A stretch of 64,000 nt of DNA from Eledone cirrhosa (Eukaryota). Each line of letters opens with the position of its first letter. Positions within the stretch are counted from its first letter, which is position 1. The notes beneath the pieces were generated by a model. It made no database searches. It saw only the letters and a program-made list of their open reading frames with translations, and had not been told where the DNA came from. Made by a program: the position numbers and the translations under genes. This document shows, in pieces, positions 54,899 to 64,000 of the stretch. The stretch lies in NCBI GenBank assembly GCA_964016885.1, contig OZ024740.1, positions 198,338,001 to 198,402,000 on the forward strand, written 5' to 3'.

Positions 54899-57622
54899 CT
54901 TTCTTTATTAACCACAAGGGTTTACGTAAAGTGGACAGTACAAGACAAATCAGGACGGTACAAATGGGCATTTCTGCGTGTAAAAAAACAAAAAACAGAG
55001 GATGTAACAAAAAAAAAAAACAATGAAAAATTCCCCAATAGGGGGGAAGAATTCCAAGGGACATTTGTGGAGAAAGCCCATTAAAAGACCACAGTGACCC
55101 TGACCACCAGAGCAAGTGCGCTCTCCCAGTTTTCCCCCTTTAATTTACAGATATATACTCAGAGTAGGCCCATTCACTCGGGCCATTCTTGCTTCTCTCA
55201 CCCATCTTTCAACAAAATGCTGGGAAGAGAACACTTCCCTCTCTAACCTGATTTTCCTTTTCAAATGAAATTTGAAAAAGTTAATCAGGGCATCACTGAA
55301 GAGGTAAGTGCTCGTCTTCAGTCCTTTCAAACGTGTCCACCATACTATCTCTTTCGCCATGGCCACCAGACAGATAAAAACTGCCTGCCCTTCCCGGCTA
55401 AAGGAAGAGGGCGGAGCAATACTCACGATGGACTCAGCTGATAGCCGGATCCGTCCTACACGCGACAGCAGGTGTTCGACATAAACCCACAAGTCAGCAA
55501 TGCTCGGACACTGGACGGTTTCGTAGCCCTGCGCACATCTCGGACATGCTCGGCTGACGGCACCTCCATGCCTGTAGAGTGTATCCCGAACTGGCAAAGC
55601 TCCTCGGCAGCACTGCTAGGCCAGGGATTTCTGGAAGTTGTCCATAAGCCCTGGCCCGAAAGTTCTTCCGAAGAGATTGGCTAGTTGATTTTCGTCGACG
55701 CCTTGAGTTTCCCCTAGTACGTCGTCGCTCTTCCCCTCCACTTATCCGCTATAGAACGCCAAGGTGGAGTTTATACCGATTACATTGCCCGATTGGTCGA
55801 GGGCTGTGAGCACCTGAAGACATTCAGGTCTCCAAGCGCTCCCTCTCGGTCTTCGCTTGACCCAGGACTGCAGCTCCGTCAAGGAGACGAGCTGGGGAAA
55901 GACGTGTCTAGCAAACTGCGACGACACCTGAGCACCGTCGAGGAAGAGGTGGAGATGTAGCCTGAGCACGTGTCTGCGCATCATCAGCCACGGCAAGCCC
56001 AGCCCTCCACGTAGTGGGTGTTGACAGCAGATGGACCGCCAGACCATCGCGGCGCGTCCCTTCCAAAAAAAGCGAAAGAGCAAACGCTCCAGCGCAGTCA
56101 GGCGGGGCTTAGGACAAGGTACGACGGTCAGGCGGTAGCAGATGACGCACGCGATGTACGCGTTAGTGAGCTCCGCTCGACCTTTCAGGGATAGCTTCCC
56201 CTCCGCCCATTTCTGGATGAGAGAAGCCACCCTGCTCGTCACCTCGTCTCAGTTTTTGTCCGTCTAGAGGTCCGGACCGAACCAGAGCCTTAGCAATTTA
56301 ACCGGTCCGTCCGACCAGCGCCCGACGACGCTGTTTGGCGGCATGGACCTGCCTCTCCAGGTGTCGAGCTGCAGGGCCACTGACCTTTCCTGGTTGATCA
56401 TTGCTCCCGTCACCGCTTCGTATTCTCTTAGTGTAGTGCCGATCGCCTCGATGTGTTTGGCATTCGACACCACTACGGTGACATCGTCCGCATATGGTGA
56501 CACGGATCTTCCGCATCCTAATTCGCGCGGGACCCCCCGCAACGTCTCAAGTTTATACAGTAATGGCTCGAGAGTCAATACGTACAAGAGGGACGAGAGT
56601 GGACATCTTTGGCAGACTGAGCGCATGATGTTGAACGGTTCGAAAGGTGACCGTTCACTCTCACTACAGAGCAGATGTCGCTGTGCATGGCGGCGATCCA
56701 GGCTCTGAAGACGGACCCAAAGCCAGCCGCCTTCAGGACTGCCGCTAGCTAACGATGGTCGACTCTATCGAAAGCTTTCGATTGATCTAAATTGATGAAG
56801 GGCCCACCCGTGCCAGATTCCCTAGCTACCCTCTCTACGATGTATCGCATGAAGTGGAGGTTGTCGTGGATGGATCTGTCGGGAATGACGCATGTCTGCG
56901 CCTCTCCCACCAGCCCACCAACGACAAGCGCCAACCTTTTTGTTAGCACCTTGGCCAAAATCTTGAACTCTGTGTTTAGCAGAGTTATGGGCCTGAAATT
57001 ATCTATGTTATCCCCCTTGTTCAGATCCTTTCTCAGCAGCGCCACCGCTTCTCGGCTCACAGAGCTAGGAATTCTCCCGTTCTGTTGCCAGTTGCAGTAG
57101 ACGTCCGCCAAGAGGCCTCCGAACAAGTCTGGCATATGTACGTAAAGTTCATAGGGCAGACCATCAAAACCAGGCGATTTACCCCCTGTGCAGTCAGTCA
57201 TTGCCTCCCGTACTTCAGCGGCTGTTATCGTTTTTTGGTAACACTCCGCCTCAGTGGCCGAGAATCGTGGCAGTCCGTCGAGTTAGACACTAAAGTCCAT
57301 CCCTCGATCCGGCCCGTCGCTGCACCCGAAAAGCTGAGCGAAGTGTCGCTGAAAAGCTTCACACATTTGCCCGGGATCGAGTAGCATGCGCCCGTCGTGG
57401 TCCACCAAAGCCAGGATCGTGGCTTTGTTGCCACGACGCATCTCCGCCACTCGGGCCCATTGAACGGCTTTCGTCCCCTCGTGTCTGGGAGCACGCACCC
57501 TAGCTCTGACAACGCCGCCTTCGTGCTTTGCATTGAAGAATTGGTCATGGGCCAATTTCGCCGCAAGTACGTCGGTCGCGATGCCTTTGCTAAGCGCCTC
57601 GTCTAATTTTCTAACTAGTTCT
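54899..57622 (-). mobile_element. 5'-truncated Tx1 subfamily A copy
   Basis: RT and CCHC pieces nearly identical to 28131..30890. AATAAA followed by a degenerate (ATT)n tail. Confidence 0.9.
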
Positions 57623-58497
57623 ACGTCTGAATAAGAGAAATTAATACAGAAGATACTTAATTTGTTTTGTTACAGAAACGTACATAAAATAATACTTAGA
57701 GCCCAAGGAAACTAGATGTTGTCTGCGTAATTAAACCAAAAAGGTTGTAAATTTAGATAAGTCAATATGCCGTTGTGATATAAGGGTATTGACTTTCTGA
57801 ACATATGCACACCCATGTCGTGATAGTGTCCTATTTTCAGTCGATATATAAGTGAATCGTGGTTAAATCATCACCCTCTGACTGAGAAGATAATTCCCGA
57901 GTCATTAAGTGACAAGTCTAATACGCGTCGTAGACCCTTGAGCAATTGTCCTTTACCATAGTTTCGCGTCAACCCATGCATTGATAGTGAAGTTAGAGAG
58001 ATAAAAGCCCGTTCTATGAAATATATTTGCAGACCTTGCCTCACCTTGAATCTACCAGAGAAATACGTTAAGGGCACATGTGTTTGTTAAATTCACCAGC
58101 AGGCTGTTCATTTGATGAAGCAACTGGACATGGACTGTCGTAATTGACGTATACTAAAACATTTCCCTCATTTAAAACTGCAATATATTTGTTTGCGTGT
58201 GTATGTGCATGAATGTATATAAGCACGTATAATTATGATACTCGATTAGCAGAATCATTTGAGCGTCCAATATAATACACTGTTATATTTGTTTCAGACC
58301 TCAGTGCCCAGCGTTCAGATAACACTGACGTCTACTTTGACTATCATCAGTTATGTATCTCAGAAATACCTGCTATCCATTAAACTGTCACATCCGTGGA
58401 GTTCTTCTGGATGGGTGGATGACAGTGTCTGCTGGTCACTATATGTACCCCTAAACAATTAGCAACAATCTTTTACATACTACTAATTCATACTTAA

Positions 58498-58499
<2 letters not shown>

Positions 58500-58542
<43 letters not shown>

Positions 58543-58619
58543 AATATATATATATATATATATGTATGTATATATATATATGTATGTGTATGTATATATA
58601 TATATATATGTATGTGTAT

Positions 58620-58651
<32 letters not shown>

Positions 58652-59165
58652 ATGTATATATATATATATATGTATGTGTATGTATATATATATATATATA
58701 TGTACATATATGTATGTATATATATATATATGTATGTATATATATATGTATGTATATATATATGTATGTATGTATATATATATATATGTATGTATATATA
58801 TATATATATATATGTATGTATATATATTTATATATGTATGTATATATATATATATATATGTATGTATATATATATATATATGTATGTATATGTATATGTA
58901 TGTATGTATGTATATGTATGTATATATATGTATGTATGTATATTTATATGTATGTATGTATATATGTATGTATGTATATATGTATATGTATGTATATATG
59001 TATGTGTGTATGTATGTATATGTATGTATATATGTATGTGTATATGTATGTATATGTATGTATATATGTATGTGTATATGTATGTATATGTATGTATATA
59101 TGTATGTGTATATGTATGTATATGTATGTATATATATGTATGTATGTATGTATATATATATGTAT
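58500..59165. repeat. (TA)n/(TATG)n microsatellite
   Basis: Direct observation. Confidence 0.95.
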
Positions 59166-59750
59166 GTTGTCCACCGTGGTCTCCCCACACGAAACAAAGT
59201 ATCATGAAACTTGAAGCTCCTCAAAGGGCAATCACGAAAAAGATAGATGGCATGTCAGACTTTGACTACTGGGGTCGACGAGAAAAGCTGAAACTTTACT
59301 CACTCCAACATCGCCGTGAGCGTTATATTATTTGCATGATGTGGAAAATGTTTCATCATCACTGCCCAAATGATGTTGGCATCACCTTCAAAATACCCAA
59401 GGCTTGGGCCCCGTGCTATCCGTCCCAAACAAAAATCTAAATCGCAACTCATAACAACAATACGGCACAATTATTTCACCTCAATTGGCCCTGCTCTCTT
59501 CAACATCACACCAGGACACGTCAAAACAGAAACTGAGCACACAAAATTCAAGAAGTCTTTGGACAAATTCCTCCAAGTAATCCCGGACAAACCACCCACA
59601 CCCGGATATGTCTCCGCAAACAGTAATTCTCGTCTCGAATGGGCCATGGTGCCCAAATCCTGAATTGAAAGACTTCGCCAGGTGGTGCTATCAAGTTAGA
59701 CATGGCCTGGGCCAATACTGGCCAAAACATTTCAAAGTTATTCAAAGTTA
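59166..59750 (+). mobile_element. 5'-truncated CR1/L2-group LINE (related to 19775..20290)
   Basis: [44 protein letters not shown]. Tail (TTCAAAGTTA)2, embedded in TA/TATG repeats. Confidence 0.8.
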
Positions 59751-59823
59751 TATATATATATATGTATATATATATGTATGTATGTATATATATATGTATG
59801 TATGTATATATATGTATGTATGT

Positions 59824-59864
<41 letters not shown>

Positions 59865-59873
59865 TATGTATGT

Positions 59874-59914
<41 letters not shown>

Positions 59915-59923
59915 TATGTATGT

Positions 59924-59957
<34 letters not shown>

Positions 59958-60228
59958 GTATATATATGTATGTATATACATATGTGTATGTATATATATG
60001 TATGTATGTCTTATGGCCGGGTCGTTGGCGACTAAACTGGCAACGCCACCAAGGTTTCTTGGTGGGGAGGGTGACTTTGGACATCCTGCAGGACTAAAAA
60101 CAAAACCTGTCAAAGGGCAAAGGAGCTCTTAAGAGTCAATGGTCATCCAAAATCACCCGGAGAGATGACCCCGCATGCAGTTTTCCCACGATTATGTCTG
60201 TTGGCGGCCCGCGTTCCACATACCTTAT

Positions 60229-60257
60229 CCCGTGCAACACCGAGTACCACTGCTAGT
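60229..60257 (+). mobile_element. Helitron-like 3' terminus
   Basis: CCCGTGCAACACCGAGTA..TGCTAG|T: a subterminal imperfect GC hairpin followed by CTAG and T. Confidence 0.45.
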
Positions 60258-60332
60258 TATATATATTTCAAGGGCACCAACATTTAGGTACGCTCTCATC
60301 AAATAAAATACAAAAAATGTTTTATAAATAAT

Positions 60333-60514
60333 GTTTCTACTTTTGGCACAAGGCCAGCAATTACCCAGTACATTACTGGTATTTTATGTTATCGACCCCG
60401 TAAGGATGAAAGGCAAAGTTAACCTTAGAGGGATTTGAACTCAGATCATAAAGGGACGTAACTATGCTGGAAAGCATGTCCGACCCTCTACCGATACTGC
60501 TAATTCACCCCTCT
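60333..60514 (-). mobile_element. tRNA-derived SINE with TSD of about 15 bp
   Basis: TSD TGTTTTATAAATA(A/T)T at 60318..60332 and 60515..60529. Confidence 0.85.
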
Positions 60515-61049
60515 TGTTTTATAAATATTAACATACCAAAAACAAGAACTTATCCTTTTAAGTTCATTTTGGATATATATAATAAAATAAATATTATTTT
60601 ATAAAGATAGTTTCCATGTATTAATATCATTGATATTATACTCCAGAAGAAAATCTGTAGAGGGCTTCGAATCTGTTATAAATAAATGTGTTGAATAACC
60701 AACAAATTAAATATCTCTTTGATTATATATATATACTGGGGGGGGGGGGGTCCGTCCGGCTGGCCGCCGACTAGGTATACCGGCATTTTATCTTTTCAGG
60801 AATCCCCCCTACACTCTAGTGCAAAGATACCACACGCCCTCTCAAGTTAGCGAAGGTGGGGTGGGGTTAACGTGCTCTGATGTTGGGTTTGAACAGTTTT
60901 TAGGATTCGCCAGTTCAGCAGCCAGTACGTTAACGAAAATTGAAAGTTACAACAATAAAGGCTGAACAGAGAACACATTTTTTAGAAACGATAATTTGTA
61001 CAACCATAATGTAAATTCCAAGTAACAGAAGATATTTAAATTACATTGT

Positions 61050-61600
61050 TAGAGTCTCAGAGTATACAATATGTTTTGTTCGGCCAACAGGAGCAAAGTT
61101 GAAGAGATTGTTTGGTGAGCTCACCCTAGAGCATCCTACATACAATTGACCATGGAAGAATCACTGTACTCGTAGCGCGTCTCACGGAGAAACTCTGTAG
61201 ACGTTGACCTCTGGACACTCCTGTTAGAAGCAGGTAAGCTGTAGTTACTTAGAGGCCTACAACCAATCTCCAGGACACTGTTTTCAAGACAAATGAGCGC
61301 CTAATTGAAAACGACATCGTATGTTACGTTCGGATTGTGTCTGCATGTGCGGAGGTGGATGTCCTCAGCTAGACTTTCGCGGTGGTGGTTCGGCGAGATC
61401 GCAGTTGTACAGCATAATAGCAAAAAGTTTTCGCAGCAGAGAAGGGACTTTAGCAGTTGCTGCTTCTTGCAGGGTGAGGTGCCAATGGCTGTCATTGTGT
61501 AACATACCACGCATCTGGCAAGCCAAATGGTAAGTGGAACATTGATGGCCATTGATGTTTCTCAGATCTTAGAAAAACTGTGGCCCTCTAACCTCGAACA
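61050..61600 (+). mobile_element. Highly degenerate LINE RT fragment
   Basis: Remnants QPIS, LSSA..F and AIDVSQ..EKLW (LD.SKAFD.VW-like). Confidence 0.35.
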
Positions 61601-61862
61601 GTAACAATGACGGTAAGCCGTCTGTGCTTTCGTGAAATAAATAGGTTTTTGTTTTTGTGTATGCAAAAAATCTGTAGACGAAGATATATATTAAAATAAC
61701 AGATTAAAGTTTAAGCAAAGAATCGCTGCTTTCACCTTTAACGGGATCTTCTGAAACTTAAAAACTCAGAAGTAAATATTTCGAAAAACGTTATTTAATG
61801 CATACCAGTAATGTACTGGGTACTTTGCTGGCCTTGTGCCAAAAGTAGAAACAGTTATTTAA

Positions 61863-62150
61863 TGCAGACAGCAGACATACAGACTAAGAAAAAGAGGGGG
61901 CATGTTGTGCGACGTCATAAGAAAAAGTGAGGAATGGCGTTTAACCGGAAGTGTAGACATTTTAAATGTTAAAGAAGTGAATATTTAAATAATGTCTTTA
62001 ATCTTTTAATAGAATTCAGTAGACTAAAATACCCTCAAGTTTTTACTTGGAAAAAGTTACATCTATTTTGCAAATTTGGTGCTGTTTGGTCCAGCCGATT
62101 GGCGGAGAGTTTGTTACCTACATACGGCCCTCAGCTTTATAGTATATATA
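61863..62150 (+). mobile_element. DINE-1/Helentron-like non-autonomous fragment
   Basis: AAATTTGGTG..GGTCCAGCCG..ACATACG..CTTTATAGTATATA resembles HINE 3' cores (recalled pattern, not aligned). Confidence 0.3.
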
Positions 62151-63433
62151 TATATATATATATAAATCAGAATGAATTCAATTTGAAATTGATAGGGCCA
62201 ATACTCAACAGAGTACTCGATAATTGGTGTCTGGAACTAACTGTTGAAACGGCAAGAGCTCAGCCGTTGGGGTCTTTATGTATATATATATATATATTTA
62301 TACACACACACACATAAACACGAACACATTTATACACACACACGCACACATATGTATATATATATATATATATATTCGTATATATTCGTATATTCGTATG
62401 TGTGTGCTCATATACAGAGATTATATAAAATGCAAATATCTTCAAGGACGTTAAATTTCATACGAAACCCAAGACCTTCGGCCAAAAATCTAAACGTTAA
62501 AAGAGAAATTGACCACTAATTTCTTCATTATTCTTAGCGTAACTGGTGAAGCCTCTGTCTCTATCTCACGCCCTTTCGCTCACACTCTCCTATTCTCTCT
62601 CTCTCTTTCTCTCTCTCTTTCCAATTTCCGAGCTCATCTTCACCTGATCCTTGGAATTTAGTTTAATGACTCGCAATAAAGTTGCCAGTGATATTGTCAT
62701 AAGAAAACATGCTACAAGGGTTATTAGTTTACTACTTTTTGATAGAATTTCTGCATGGAGGAAATATGTTAATGATCCATTTGATTTTCATAGGAGTCTG
62801 GCAGCATAGGTGTCTCTGTGACTTAGTTAAGGTATTCCACCCAGATAATATTCAATCGACATTTTAATGCATTGGACATAGACCTCTATAGACCTCTATA
62901 GAGATGATGTGCTGACTATATCTAACAAGAAAAATTGACACAATTTAAATGAGCAATGAAATATTACCTAATTAGTATATTAATCTCAGTAGGTCTTCGA
63001 TTCAATGTCAGAGGAAATAATTAATTTGTAAGATCTTAGCCTATCTCCTTAATGAATGCAAGCGCAAATGATACCGAAATAAAAGCCCAAATAGTACACA
63101 AAGTTGACCCCACTATTGTGTAAGTTTTACCTGCAATTTGTTTCCCTACGCTGAGTTCATCTGCAAAATTGCAGTGGCCTTTGCCTTCCCACTATGTCAG
63201 CAACAGAAGAAGAGCTGCTTGCTTGCGTAACTCCATAAAAAATGTTAATACTTGTCTGCACAATCAAAAAGACCTTTCCAGGAAGCAACATCTTGTCATC
63301 ATGACTGAAATAAATAAATATATATATATATATATATATATGTAGTACACTGGAAGTTAATATCCGTAGTGGGAGAGCACTCAGTCCATGGGACGAGTTA
63401 GGTAGAAGTGGTTACACAACAGTTAGTTCACCA

Positions 63434-63476
63434 TACTGAGAACAATTGTTTCACCTTAGCGGATCCTCAGCTCGTA
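63434..63476 (-). ncRNA. Minimal type I hammerhead ribozyme motif
   Basis: Minus strand: TACGAG-CTGAGGA-TCC GCTAA GGT-GAAA-CAATTG-TT-CTCAGTA. Palindromic stem III, GUU triplet. Confidence 0.7.
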
Positions 63477-63729
63477 ATGGACATGGTTATATATATATAT
63501 AAATGTTTATATATATATAAATGTAATCTAAGTTTTTCGAATATTAATAATAATATTCGGTTCGTTTGCAATTATGCAAACAACCCTAATTTTTAAAGCC
63601 ATGTCAGTAGAATGAGCCCCTCATTCTTGCTCTAATGTTGGCATGTAAACAGAACTTTATATATATAGGAAAACTTGAACCGTTAAGGTATGTTCCTTGG
63701 TTATGTCAAACTTTATAAAATACACTTCG

Positions 63730-63784
63730 TGTATCTGATGAAAGCTTACCAAAGTTTTGGTACCCTTGAAATATATATAATAGA
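63730..63784 (+). ncRNA. Type I hammerhead ribozyme motif
   Basis: TGTAT-CTGATGA-AAG..TACCAA AGTT TTGGTA..CTT-GAAA-TATATA-TA-ATAGA. Confidence 0.6.
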
Positions 63785-64000
63785 ATAAAAATGGTTTTAT
63801 AAATATAGTTTCCATTTATTTAATATCATTGAGTATATATAGATATATCTTCTATTTCTAATTCTTCATTTTAATTTATATATATCACCATGCAACAACA
63901 CAGCACTCCATTTTTCATACATATATGCTTTCCCCTTCACTGTGACCTGTCTTTTTCTCTTCCCTTACTGCTATCCTCTATCTCTCTCTCTCCTTCTCTC

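Noticed and set aside
57627-57660. Acceptor-like TTTCTCTTATTCAG (minus) at the Tx1 5' junction
   Set aside because: Such motifs are common in AT-rich DNA; no exon evidence.

Overview
Eukaryotic, AT-rich, microsatellite-dense animal DNA. The SINE families and the GPCR suggest an octopod or other coleoid cephalopod (inference). The only host coding sequence I can support is the first coding exon of a D2-like dopamine receptor (minus strand, 51302..51907). No next exon was found, so 1..51301 is probably one intron of more than 51 kb. That intron is packed with retroelements that sort by microsatellite. R4/Dong (RLE) LINEs, Tx1-clade LINEs and a tRNA-derived SINE pile up in (TAA)n/(ATT)n arrays. 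Penelope-like (PLE) remnants, RTE-like and CR1-like LINEs sit mostly in (TA)n. The ORF track does not show the most interesting signals: (i) about eight recognisable and several decayed type-I hammerhead ribozyme motifs with palindromic stem III, including a tandem pair 514 nt apart in a non-coding, retrozyme-like repeat; (ii) fold-back palindromes that pivot on hammerhead-like stems; (iii) a SINE that shares its 3' tail and ATT target with the Tx1 family; (iv) a conserved 53-nt GT..AG interval that would fuse Tx1 ORF1 to ORF2 in frame in two diverged subfamilies; (v) a Merlin-like non-autonomous DNA element. All calls were made by eye, without alignment or folding software.
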